Virus record (IMG/VR): IMGVR_UViG_3300027708_001637
Direction: 5' to 3' (one strand)
DNA from: a virus
DNA: 64,000 nucleotides
Both the position numbers and the translations under genes were made by a program. Position 1 is the first letter of the stretch; each line of letters begins with the position of its first letter. Below are positions 45,753-54,993 of this stretch, piece after piece. Below the pieces are notes generated by a model. That model did not search any database, had not been told where the DNA came from, and worked only from the letters and a program-made list of their open reading frames with translations.

Positions 45753-46108
45753 TTCTGACTATCGCCTTTTCCTACACGGTAATTATCTGCTATACTATCA
45801 GGCATACTAACTTCAATAATTGTTCCTTCTTCAATACATATCAATTGATGAGGTAACAGCGGAACATTATGCCAAGTATCTCCCACATTTAATTCATGGG
45901 CTTGTACATCTGCTGTTTTAGTATCGATAATCTTAACAATAAACTTTCCACTTAGTACATACCAAGATTCTTCTTTCTCAGAATGAAAGTGCATACTAAA
46001 TTTTGCGCCTGTATTAAAATTCATTAACTTGCCGCAGTACTTGTCAGTGGTGGCCCAAATTAATTCGCTGCCCCAACCCTTTTTTACAAAGCCTTCTAAT
46101 CTTATCAT
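45749..46108 (-). CDS. Cupin sugar isomerase-like protein
   Basis: KGWGSELIW...SMHFHSEKEESW...PHQL. Confidence 0.75.
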   Translation of the reverse strand: MIRLEGFVKKGWGSELIWATTDKYCGKLMNFNTGAKFSMHFHSEKEESWYVLSGKFIVKIIDTKTADVQAHELNVGDTWHNVPLLPHQLICIEEGTIIEVSMPDSIADNYRVGKGDSQK

Positions 46109-46287
46109 TCTGGTATCTCCGTAAATCTCAATAGGAAACTTTCCATATAACAACTATATTCAGTACCAGTATCTTGCTCTCGATAATAGATCCACGTATG
46201 ATCTTCGATTTCCTTTGTGTATATTACACAGAATATTTTACGGCTATCCGCGCCGCACCACTTGCTTCCATCTTTTGGTATTTTCAT
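46105..46287 (-). CDS. Hypothetical protein
   Basis: ATGA-coupled to the cupin gene. Confidence 0.65.
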   Translation of the reverse strand: MKIPKDGSKWCGADSRKIFCVIYTKEIEDHTWIYYREQDTGTEYSCYMESFLLRFTEIPE

Positions 46288-46311
46288 AAAATTCCTTTAC
46301 TAATTTTACAT

Positions 46312-46788
46312 TTAATTTTGCGGATCGTCAACTTCTAACCAAGTATGATCGCCCATATATTTTACTGGTGTTATGTATTCATAATCTTCTGGAGGACTGG
46401 CTGACCACCCTTTTGGGCCATTGTGTACTAACAATGTTTTCATTTTTCTCTTATCCCAAACTAGATAATATACCTGCCCCATTACTGCTTTAAACTGATA
46501 CTCGGCAGCGTGTACGGCATCTGTAACTTCTAATCTACGTTTAATTTGTTCTGCTTGTTTTTGTAACACATTAACTAATTCTATAATTCGATCATATTCT
46601 TGCTGGGCATACATCCTAGCGTGATTGATCATTATGTCTTTTTGCCGAGTGACTGGGATTAGATCAAATTTTACAGCGCCTGCTTCAGTGGGGTACTCAG
46701 ATACATTCCTATTAAAGAATGGAATCAAAGATCCAGTTGATGTGGAATCGTAACTTGTTCTACCTTTGGCAGAATTTGGTTGTGTCAC
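46312..46788 (-). CDS. DUF2452-like protein
   Basis: QQEYDRIIELVNVLQKQA...AEYQFKAVMGQVYYL. Confidence 0.7.
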   Translation of the reverse strand: MTQPNSAKGRTSYDSTSTGSLIPFFNRNVSEYPTEAGAVKFDLIPVTRQKDIMINHARMYAQQEYDRIIELVNVLQKQAEQIKRRLEVTDAVHAAEYQFKAVMGQVYYLVWDKRKMKTLLVHNGPKGWSASPPEDYEYITPVKYMGDHTWLEVDDPQN

Positions 46789-47168
46789 AGTTCTCCACTT
46801 TCTGATAATTTTAACATTAGGCTATATTGTTCGTATGCTTTTTTCACTGCTGGATATTTGTCCCTCAAATATCGTTCACGTTCTTTTTGTTCCATTAATG
46901 TTTCAAACATTCTGTAATGCCCTTGCTTCTTCATGTTATTAAACACTTCTGATTCAAAGTTTGCAACTCGTTCTAATTCACTTTCTGCAATCTCTACAGT
47001 ATACAAGGGTTCGCTATCGAACACAATATCTTCATAAACACGATTAAAATCCAAGGGATCATGAAAGTAATTTATATTGACTTTATGATAACGGCTTGCT
47101 CTTTTGTTAGTGTCAAGAATATTAATTCTGTGGTGTTGACAAAACTCTTTCACTATATCAGTGGTCAT
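46785..47168 (-). CDS. Hypothetical protein
   Basis: Coupled ORF in operon. Confidence 0.7.
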   Translation of the reverse strand: MTTDIVKEFCQHHRINILDTNKRASRYHKVNINYFHDPLDFNRVYEDIVFDSEPLYTVEIAESELERVANFESEVFNNMKKQGHYRMFETLMEQKERERYLRDKYPAVKKAYEQYSLMLKLSESGEL

Positions 47169-47860
47169 TTTATTCCGACTTCTTCTAAAATTTCTTTCAC
47201 TAATGCAACATCAGCTGGCAGTTCCTTAAAACGTTTACGCCAGTGTGGCACATCAAAAGCAGGTGCAATCATATTCAATTGATCGTCGCTCATATTACGA
47301 ACCATTGCTTTTCCATCTTCGCAATTTAAAATCACCCAGCAACTGATCTTACCATTTACAATATCGTTAACTGCACGATTTAGTGTGGCATATAAAAAGT
47401 AATGATTAAACTCTGCACTATGTTCGTCGCCCCATTCCATCATTGTTTGTAGGGTTCGTTGTACTGCTGATTCTACTGGTTCTGTTTTCAGCATTTCATA
47501 AAGATACTTTTCATACAAACTATCTTTACACCAGTTATCTAATTTAGCACCACTTTTAATCACGTAGTCAATAAACTTGTCTGGGTACAATGGGTTAGCG
47601 TTATTAATAAAACTACCAAATTTTACAAAGGCGTTATAATAACTGCTGTCTGCAAAGTTGTCATAAGTCTTGGGCTTTTTGGCATTTTGTGTTAATTGCC
47701 AAAAACGATTATAGGCCATAAAACCTGCCTGCACTCTTTTCTCATCCTTTTGTAGTGCGCGGCGCTTTCGCTCGCACATATGTGCCACAAGAGTTTTTTC
47801 TTGCATAAAACTCTTGTTACAATGCACACAACTATAAGGTTGATTAACCAATGCTATCAC
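47165..47860 (-). CDS. Conserved phage protein with N-terminal Zn finger
   Basis: CVHCNKSF...HMC. Confidence 0.75.
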   Translation of the reverse strand: MIALVNQPYSCVHCNKSFMQEKTLVAHMCERKRRALQKDEKRVQAGFMAYNRFWQLTQNAKKPKTYDNFADSSYYNAFVKFGSFINNANPLYPDKFIDYVIKSGAKLDNWCKDSLYEKYLYEMLKTEPVESAVQRTLQTMMEWGDEHSAEFNHYFLYATLNRAVNDIVNGKISCWVILNCEDGKAMVRNMSDDQLNMIAPAFDVPHWRKRFKELPADVALVKEILEEVGIK

Positions 47861-48069
47861 GCGGCCTTCCTAAATTTACTCAATAAATTATTGGCTAATG
47901 TAAGATCATCTATCAAGATTTCATTATGTATGGGAGTCATTTTAATTAAAAATTTTCCAGGCGAATTCGGGTCGTGCGATACTGTAACATTATGAGTGGT
48001 AGAATTCCAAGCTGAATTATTAAAATTAAGGTTTAAATTTACAATATTGCTATAATCAAATTTATTCAT
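47857..48069 (-). CDS. Hypothetical protein
   Basis: Start MNKFDY; coupled to both neighbours. Confidence 0.55.
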   Translation of the reverse strand: MNKFDYSNIVNLNLNFNNSAWNSTTHNVTVSHDPNSPGKFLIKMTPIHNEILIDDLTLANNLLSKFRKAA

Positions 48070-48544
48070 ATTCTTTCCTTTGTTTCTTATCAAATCCCAT
48101 TGCATCAAATAACTCTGCACGTTCGTCATCTGTCATTAATTTAGCTAATAATTTAATCTCATCATTTTTCATTGTGGGATTCAGTTCCTCAATCAACTTT
48201 TCAAATTTGTCAAGACTGCCCTTTAACATAGGCATAAAAGTGTGATCAACTTGTATACCTGCGCCCACACCGGCATACAACTGCCACAATAAACCTTCGT
48301 GATTTTTACTCAACGCCCAATGATGTTTATTAACATTTTCATTAGTTTGTGTAATATACCATTCCTTAATATCTCTGTCAGGATGTGGCGTATTAGAAAT
48401 AAATCGCATCAGCACATAGGGGCTAAACTCTTTAAGTTCGGCTTCAGACAGTGATGAATAAAAATCATAGTTTTTATTATCAACTGCCTTAAGTACTCGA
48501 CCCAGGTCTAATGCTTTAGGTTTTTTAGGTTTTGCTGTTGCCAT
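48062..48544 (-). CDS. Clamp-loader small subunit (gp62)-like protein
   Basis: FSPYVLMRFIS and helical profile; position in the replication module. Confidence 0.5.
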   Translation of the reverse strand: MATAKPKKPKALDLGRVLKAVDNKNYDFYSSLSEAELKEFSPYVLMRFISNTPHPDRDIKEWYITQTNENVNKHHWALSKNHEGLLWQLYAGVGAGIQVDHTFMPMLKGSLDKFEKLIEELNPTMKNDEIKLLAKLMTDDERAELFDAMGFDKKQRKEYE

Positions 48545-48573
48545 AATTATACTGGATGATAGGGAACGGTTTG

Positions 48574-48846
48574 TTAAGTAGGATTGCTTAGATGATATAA
48601 TATTATACATTGCTCCAGTGCTTTTTGCAAGGCAGGATTAGTCTTTGCTGCTCGACGAATTTCGTTCCACAGCTTGTCTTCTCGAATATGATCAATTAAA
48701 GGCCTGCCATCACTGGTACGAGTATCTACAGGTTTTTTATATTGATAACCAACTAAATTCCTATCTAATTGACCCGCTTCTCTGGTGTAAATTTCTTCAC
48801 CACTGCGTTCGTAAATTAAGGTTGCCCCTGGTGTAAGATTTCCCAT
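48574..48846 (-). CDS. Hypothetical protein
   Basis: ORF in operon. Confidence 0.7.
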   Translation of the reverse strand: MGNLTPGATLIYERSGEEIYTREAGQLDRNLVGYQYKKPVDTRTSDGRPLIDHIREDKLWNEIRRAAKTNPALQKALEQCIILYHLSNPT

Positions 48847-48849
48847 AAA

Positions 48850-49353
48850 TCACCAGCATTTAGTAAAATCTACCAATTCACTTTGGCGACTGACTTCTTT
48901 TACAAAGTATGCGCATCGAGGTGAAGGTCCAGGTTCTAATGGAGTGCATAACAATTGACCAGGACGCATTTTAGGAAAGTACCATTTAACATCTTGATAA
49001 ACATCAATAATATCAATATCTAAAAATTCTGGTCTAAAACTGCTGCGTGGATTGAAACAAAATGTTCTAAATCCTCGGTCGTTCAAACTTGTTAAAGGCA
49101 ACACTTCCATGTCAGGGCCCTCAGGATCGCCTACAATAGTACACCAATCCAACGGCATAGTAACTTCATGTGGGCCTATTTGTAATACCACTGCTGGACC
49201 TGTAAAACTTTCTAAAAAGATTAAAGGAATAAAGAAATGATCAGGGTTTGAACTATCGCTATTATCTAACACAGCAAACCTCAAATCGTCTTCTATTTCA
49301 TTAGGCAAGTCGTTAAGGTAATATGTTTGATTTTCTAATGTAAGTATCTGCAG
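48850..49353 (-). CDS. Conserved hypothetical protein with probable non-canonical CTG start
   Basis: GGAG-7 nt-CTG CAG ATA CTT ACA TTA GAA, in frame with the track ORF. Confidence 0.6.
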   Translation of the reverse strand: MQILTLENQTYYLNDLPNEIEDDLRFAVLDNSDSSNPDHFFIPLIFLESFTGPAVVLQIGPHEVTMPLDWCTIVGDPEGPDMEVLPLTSLNDRGFRTFCFNPRSSFRPEFLDIDIIDVYQDVKWYFPKMRPGQLLCTPLEPGPSPRCAYFVKEVSRQSELVDFTKCW

Positions 49354-49410
49354 AATAATTCTCCAATTTGTTATTATTAGTTTACACGCCTGACATTAAG
49401 ATGTCAATCG

Positions 49411-50868
49411 TTAATACTTTGTTTTTTCGATTGAGAACGGGTATTTGGCATCTTTGTAAAACTTTTTACGTTCGGTAAGGTGCCTTTTGGCATATTTCGA
49501 CGCCGCTGTGATATCCCAAATTTGTACAAAGTCCTTGTCATCTGCTTTTCTAATGCCACGTCCAATGCTTTGGATAACGCGGACAAAGCTCTTTCCGGGC
49601 TCAAGAAGAACCAGATTAAAAATCCTTGGAATATTAATACCCACAGCGGCCACACCGTAAGTCGCCACAATAATCTTGTTAGTAGCAGTTTTAATTTCAT
49701 CATATTCTTCTTTGCGATCTTTTGTTTTTACTTCGCCTGATACAAATACGGCATCAGGAAGTCTTTCAATAATTCCTTTTCCAGAATCAATTCTATTAAC
49801 CAATACTAATGTGTTTCCTGTTTGAGAAATCTCTTTAATTAACTTGCTGACATAGGTCATCCTGCTATCATCAGTTACTAGATATTTTAATTCTTCTGCA
49901 TAACTACCAAATTCTTTCCACTCGGCAGTTTGAATAATATTTACGTGACAAGTGCTCAATACACCTGCTTCTTGCAAAGTATGTGCAGCAACTCGGTTTA
50001 CTACTTCACCCAAACTTGCGCGAATACTTTGAAATTCATGCTCTGCTTTAGGTATAGTCCCAGTCAATCCCCAACGTATAGGTGCGTTGGCAAGATTTCT
50101 AGTCAGCAAATTTTTAAGTACATCTGCCTTGGCCATATGCACCTCGTCCACCATAACACACTGTACATTGTCCAGCAACATTTCCAATCTAGCACAGGCA
50201 GCTTCGTCCCAATTTTTGCTATTTTTGTCCAAAATATTCAAACTTTGCCAAGTGCAAATTGTGTGAGTTTTATCAAGGTCTTTTCTGTCGCCATAGTACA
50301 CACCCACATCCAATTTACAATTAATAAAATCTTCTTCAGTTTGTTCAACAAGACTTTTGTTAGGAACGATGGTTATTGTTCGACCGTATTTTTCACATAT
50401 TTTGCTCAGTGTTGCGGTGGTAATAGTTTTACCAAAACCGGTGGCAATTTCTTGTATGCATTGTGGATTTTTTAAGAATATGTTGACTGCATCAACTTGA
50501 TCTTCACGTAATCGAATTTTTTCACCAGCAAACCTATGTCCTTCCGGCCACGTTTGATCGCCCCAAAAATCCGCCGAAATTTCAGGAAATTCTAAGGTCG
50601 TAGGTCGACGGTGATCTTCAACTTCAACGTAGAAGTTTTTACTTTCAAGATACTCTAATACAGTTGGTAACATACTAAGGTATGTAGTTCCGCCTAGACC
50701 AAAAAAACTGATAGAACCGTCCCATCGACCCAATTTATAACTGGGTCTAAAGCGGGCACTAGGGTCTTCGTACTTGAATTTTTTAACTAACGCTTTTCGA
50801 GTATCAAGATCTAAATTTTCAAATTTGACATTAACCTCGTCTTTAATAATAACTTTACAAGTTGCCAA
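49411..50868 (-). CDS. uvsW: UvsW-like SF2 helicase
   Basis: ATGFGKT, MVDEVH, GLTGT, GINIPRI, QSIGRG. Confidence 0.93.
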   Translation of the reverse strand: MATCKVIIKDEVNVKFENLDLDTRKALVKKFKYEDPSARFRPSYKLGRWDGSISFFGLGGTTYLSMLPTVLEYLESKNFYVEVEDHRRPTTLEFPEISADFWGDQTWPEGHRFAGEKIRLREDQVDAVNIFLKNPQCIQEIATGFGKTITTATLSKICEKYGRTITIVPNKSLVEQTEEDFINCKLDVGVYYGDRKDLDKTHTICTWQSLNILDKNSKNWDEAACARLEMLLDNVQCVMVDEVHMAKADVLKNLLTRNLANAPIRWGLTGTIPKAEHEFQSIRASLGEVVNRVAAHTLQEAGVLSTCHVNIIQTAEWKEFGSYAEELKYLVTDDSRMTYVSKLIKEISQTGNTLVLVNRIDSGKGIIERLPDAVFVSGEVKTKDRKEEYDEIKTATNKIIVATYGVAAVGINIPRIFNLVLLEPGKSFVRVIQSIGRGIRKADDKDFVQIWDITAASKYAKRHLTERKKFYKDAKYPFSIEKTKY

Positions 50869-52030
50869 AATTAAGTCCTTTTTGATTTTTGTTCACGTCA
50901 AAATATACCAAATTTTGGTGATTTTTCACGAAAGATTTCAGTGTGTAATGTGCGCTATCAAATCCTAAATTAATAATAGAGTTGAATCTGATTCCAGATT
51001 TAACTAGTGGTTTAGGCAGTTTGCCACTGATAAACACCACTTTTGTTTCAGTGTCAATTGGCCCATTTATTCCCATTTTTTTGACAAAATCATTGAAATT
51101 TTTACCACTTTCTGTCGGTAATCTGAATAAAACGCTCATATTTTTTTCTGCCACTCCAATGCCCTTAAGAATGCCAAATGCACGTTCAAGTTTTTCTAAT
51201 TCCGATCCGCCAGGTACAATGAACAAAGTTGGTCCCATATTTTTTAGTATGATTTCCAAGCATTTTACGTCATTTTCGCTGTTGGAAAGTTTGATTGGAT
51301 TGCCATTGTCAGAAGTTAGGAACTGTTTAATCTTGGCATCAATTTGATCACTATTCAAATACCTATCAATGTCGTCAGAGTATAATGAGACACCATATTG
51401 CCTTGCTTGGCAGACTGCACCTACTACATCAGTGGCGGTAATTTCTGGCATATTTTTGGGAGAATTCACTATTTTTAAGGTTCCGTCAACTGACGTTAAT
51501 ATGGGTGCATACTTTTCCATATTTTGAATAATGTCAGCAGTTTGATTAGCATAATGCTTAAATTGATCGTCGTAATCAAAATCAATGTCACTGCATAAGT
51601 TGGACAAAAATTGTATATTGTCTTCCCTTAACTGAAAATTCCAAGAAGTATTGTCCTTATCCCATATAATATTATTTGTAGGGTCGCTAGTTCTGTATTT
51701 TTTAATTTCTGTAATAAAATATTCGTCATACGGAAACCGTGCTTCGATAATTTTATTATCAATAATTTTGATGGAACGATCAGTCACGGTTTTTCTAATT
51801 TTAAATCTAAATTGCGGGTTTTCTAAGAACGGGCGAATATCTTTCTTCAATTCTGTAGATAATCTCTCTGCATATCTAGTAATAATTTTTACTGCCAGTA
51901 CACTTTGTTTTTCAGTGAAGCCAGTCCCGTTCATAATTTGATTTGTAAAACTATCAATAATTTTAGAATCAAATCTGTTGGGTTTGACTTGGCCAAACAT
52001 AAACTCGTTGATTAAGTCTTCAATATACAT
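50855..52030 (-). CDS. Conserved hypothetical protein
   Basis: 391-aa ORF between uvsY and uvsW. Confidence 0.75.
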   Translation of the reverse strand: MYIEDLINEFMFGQVKPNRFDSKIIDSFTNQIMNGTGFTEKQSVLAVKIITRYAERLSTELKKDIRPFLENPQFRFKIRKTVTDRSIKIIDNKIIEARFPYDEYFITEIKKYRTSDPTNNIIWDKDNTSWNFQLREDNIQFLSNLCSDIDFDYDDQFKHYANQTADIIQNMEKYAPILTSVDGTLKIVNSPKNMPEITATDVVGAVCQARQYGVSLYSDDIDRYLNSDQIDAKIKQFLTSDNGNPIKLSNSENDVKCLEIILKNMGPTLFIVPGGSELEKLERAFGILKGIGVAEKNMSVLFRLPTESGKNFNDFVKKMGINGPIDTETKVVFISGKLPKPLVKSGIRFNSIINLGFDSAHYTLKSFVKNHQNLVYFDVNKNQKGLNFGNL

Positions 52031-52045
52031 AACAGTATTATACAC

Positions 52046-52501
52046 TTATAGTGAAATATCTTCAAGCCCTGCGGCACGTAATTTAATAATATTGCTTAAT
52101 TGCCATTGTTTAATGTCCAAACCCTTAACAATGCCTAGCCACTGATTCCGCAACATAGCAAATTCATTAATGACTTTTTCCATATCCACGACATCAGATT
52201 CGCCGTCAACATATTTTTCAACATCCCTGCTACTAAGGGCACGTTGATAGTTTTCCAGATATTTTCTAAATGTTTTACTTCGAATTCTACGTAATTCAAT
52301 ATTTAGATATTCCAGTACCGCTTCAATTTCCTGAAGTTGATTAAATCTATGCTCCACAATGCCAGGCAAGCTCGCAGAGGCTTTTTCTACGCTGCCGTAG
52401 ATTTTAACCTCTTTGCGGGCCTGCTCTAGTTCACTATAAAAATAGTCTAAACAACCTGGTAAATGCGATATGTCAGATGAGACCTTAGCATACCAAGACA
52501 T
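52046..52501 (-). CDS. uvsY: Recombination mediator UvsY-like protein
   Basis: YLENYQRALSSRDVEKYVDGE...KGLDIKQWQLSNIIKLRAAGLED; next to uvsX. Confidence 0.75.
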   Translation of the reverse strand: MSWYAKVSSDISHLPGCLDYFYSELEQARKEVKIYGSVEKASASLPGIVEHRFNQLQEIEAVLEYLNIELRRIRSKTFRKYLENYQRALSSRDVEKYVDGESDVVDMEKVINEFAMLRNQWLGIVKGLDIKQWQLSNIIKLRAAGLEDISL

Positions 52502-52504
52502 GGA

Positions 52505-52753
52505 TTAATCCTCGTCTTGGTATAGGTCCCAATCATCCTCGTCAACTTCTGTATCAACATCTTCGTCGCCAGCGACTAATTCGATAGCATCGTCGAGTGC
52601 TGAATCATAACCAACAAGTGCTTTTAATGTGGAAGTTTCTACATCTTTACCAAGTAAGAAATCTACAAAATGATTTGCAGCAATTTCTTTATTTTTATCA
52701 GATATATACTCTTTAAAAACATCCCAAATTTCAATAATTAGATCTTCTTCCAT
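52505..52753 (-). CDS. Small acidic protein
   Basis: ORF between uvsX and uvsY. Confidence 0.75.
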   Translation of the reverse strand: MEEDLIIEIWDVFKEYISDKNKEIAANHFVDFLLGKDVETSTLKALVGYDSALDDAIELVAGDEDVDTEVDEDDWDLYQDED

Positions 52754-52755
52754 TT

Positions 52756-53814
52756 TTATTCCTCAGTTTCTTCTATAGTTGCGGAAATACTATTACTTGT
52801 ATCTTTCCATTCAGACATCATAATAGTCAATCCATCTTTTTCGTTACGTTCCCAAGCCTTGCGGAATTGTTTGATAATTTCGCCATCTTTAGTAGTGTAG
52901 ACAAGACTATTGCCTTCTTTCTTCAATGCACCCTTACCTTCAAACAAGTCAACTAATCCACTAAACGGACTCATACCTGTTGAGTATGGAATCTCTACTT
53001 GTACACTTTCGAAAGGCTTAGAATAACGAGTTTTCATAATCTTACAAGCACTACGAATACCGTGCACTTCAGATGTTTTATTACCGTCAGCATCAGTCTT
53101 CAGTTTTAATTTACGCATAGCAACAACGATAGAACTTGCGTAAATGAATCCTTGACCGCCACTAATTTTGTCATCTGGGTCAAACATATCTTGACTTGCA
53201 TATGTGTGATTAGTACAAACCAAACCAACATTCCACGACCCAAACATATTAACGCAGTTACGAACTAGACTAGTAAGTGCCTTAGGTTTACGACCCATAT
53301 CACCCTTCATCTCGCCTGCTTCAAACTGATTAACGTCAGTTGGAGTCAACAACATACCCAACGAGTCAACTACAAACAATACTTTTGGACGCGACTCTTC
53401 AGGCATAAGTTTATACTCTTTCATAAACTCGGAGATAGTTTTTGCCACATCGTCAATCATAGCCATATTAAGTTTTAACAACTTTTCATCGCTTGTATTG
53501 ACACCTAAGTCAATTAACCATTTTTCATCAAGTGCGTTTTCGCTATCAACTAGGATAACGTAAATGCCCTGTTCCTGTGCTGCCTTAATAATATTGCCCG
53601 AGCAAATATAACTTTTCCCTGCACCACTTTCTCCAGCAAATACTGTTACCTTACCCAAAGGGACTCCTTTGAAGAAGTCCCCCGAGATAAGATAGTTTAG
53701 AGCATAATTGCCAGTGCTGATCCAGTCAGTAGGATCATTAAAACCGATTCCCAAACCATCAATACTCTTAGTGATAGATTTGCGGAATTTCGAGATATCG
53801 AAACTCTTTGACAT
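52756..53814 (-). CDS. uvsX: RecA-like recombinase UvsX
   Basis: GESGAGKS, VDSENA, VVDSLG, SGGQGFIYASS. Confidence 0.93.
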   Translation of the reverse strand: MSKSFDISKFRKSITKSIDGLGIGFNDPTDWISTGNYALNYLISGDFFKGVPLGKVTVFAGESGAGKSYICSGNIIKAAQEQGIYVILVDSENALDEKWLIDLGVNTSDEKLLKLNMAMIDDVAKTISEFMKEYKLMPEESRPKVLFVVDSLGMLLTPTDVNQFEAGEMKGDMGRKPKALTSLVRNCVNMFGSWNVGLVCTNHTYASQDMFDPDDKISGGQGFIYASSIVVAMRKLKLKTDADGNKTSEVHGIRSACKIMKTRYSKPFESVQVEIPYSTGMSPFSGLVDLFEGKGALKKEGNSLVYTTKDGEIIKQFRKAWERNEKDGLTIMMSEWKDTSNSISATIEETEE

Positions 53815-53828
53815 AATCTATCTCCTAA

Positions 53829-54848
53829 TTAGGTGCTTTGACGATTACGAATCATTGCAATGATATCTGCTGCTCGGCTACCTGCACCACTTGCTGGTTC
53901 AGTCTTTGGAGGAGTGTTAAACGATGCTTCTGCACCTGCAACATCATCTTCCCAAGGTGGATTAGATTCAACTGCATCTTCTACAACAGGTGCTGGACGA
54001 GCCGCAGGTGCGGGACGACTTGCTGCCTGAGTTGGTGGCAAAGAAGTAGTAGTTGTGTAATTGCTACGAAGACCATCTGGCTTGTAGTAAGCACCCCAAC
54101 GCTCCATATCAAATGCTTCGCCGTCAACGGACGCTTCAAACATTTCTTTCATTACGCGAAGTTCAACATCAGTTGGTTTCTTAGGAAGGAATGTCTTCAA
54201 ATCAAACAAACCAAATTGTTTAATTGCTGCGTTTTCTGCTTCGCTCAAAGCACGTTCACGACGACTCCAATTACTGGTTGTGTAGTCAGCATAACCACCT
54301 TTACTAGTTTTAGCAATCTTGAAATCCAAGCCACGGACATAGTCTGTTGGCAATTCTTCAATTTCACTATCCATTAATGCATTCTTAACAATGTTAAAAA
54401 TTTGGCTGCTCATAATGAAACGACGAATTGGATTTTCAGGAACCTTGTCTTCTTGTAGTTTGCTATCAACTACCAAACCTTGGAACAAGTAAGACTTCTT
54501 TTTCCAGTACTTACGACCCATTTCTTCCAAAGATTTATCTTTGAACCAAGGACGAACTTCAGTAAGAATTGGGCAAGTTTCACCCCACATTTCCATACAA
54601 GGAACTTGTACAGTAACTGGTTTACTTGCTGTATCACCTTTAATACCGGCGAATGGCAATTTGATCATTGCACGTTCGATCCAGAAAAAAGTGTTGTTTG
54701 GGTCTGCGTCAGGAAGGAATCTGACTGTTGCTGTTTGACCTTCTTGGATATTCCAATGCGCATAGATTGCATTGTCGCCTCCGCCTTGGCTTGAATTTTG
54801 TTGGGATGAAGCTTGGAGCTTCGCGCGGATTTCTGCTAAAGTTGCCAT
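53829..54848 (-). CDS. gp32-like single-stranded DNA-binding protein
   Basis: ATVRFLPD, CMEMWGETCP, FKIAKTSKGGYADY, acidic tail. Confidence 0.9.
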   Translation of the reverse strand: MATLAEIRAKLQASSQQNSSQGGGDNAIYAHWNIQEGQTATVRFLPDADPNNTFFWIERAMIKLPFAGIKGDTASKPVTVQVPCMEMWGETCPILTEVRPWFKDKSLEEMGRKYWKKKSYLFQGLVVDSKLQEDKVPENPIRRFIMSSQIFNIVKNALMDSEIEELPTDYVRGLDFKIAKTSKGGYADYTTSNWSRRERALSEAENAAIKQFGLFDLKTFLPKKPTDVELRVMKEMFEASVDGEAFDMERWGAYYKPDGLRSNYTTTTSLPPTQAASRPAPAARPAPVVEDAVESNPPWEDDVAGAEASFNTPPKTEPASGAGSRAADIIAMIRNRQST

Positions 54849-54904
54849 AATGTTTTGCCTTTATAAAATGTATTATGCCTCTTCTTTAAAGCCAACTGAC
54901 TAAA

Positions 54905-54945
54905 AAGAAAAATGTGTGCATACGATTAAGTATACACACATCTAT
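54905..54945 (-). terminator. Terminator-like hairpin upstream of the SSB gene
   Basis: Minus strand ATGTGTGTATAC-TTAATC-GTATGCACACAT then TTTTCTTTTT. Confidence 0.6.
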
Positions 54946-54993
54946 TTATCTCCACAACCTAAATGGTAGTAGAAACTGGTATTTTTTTACCAA

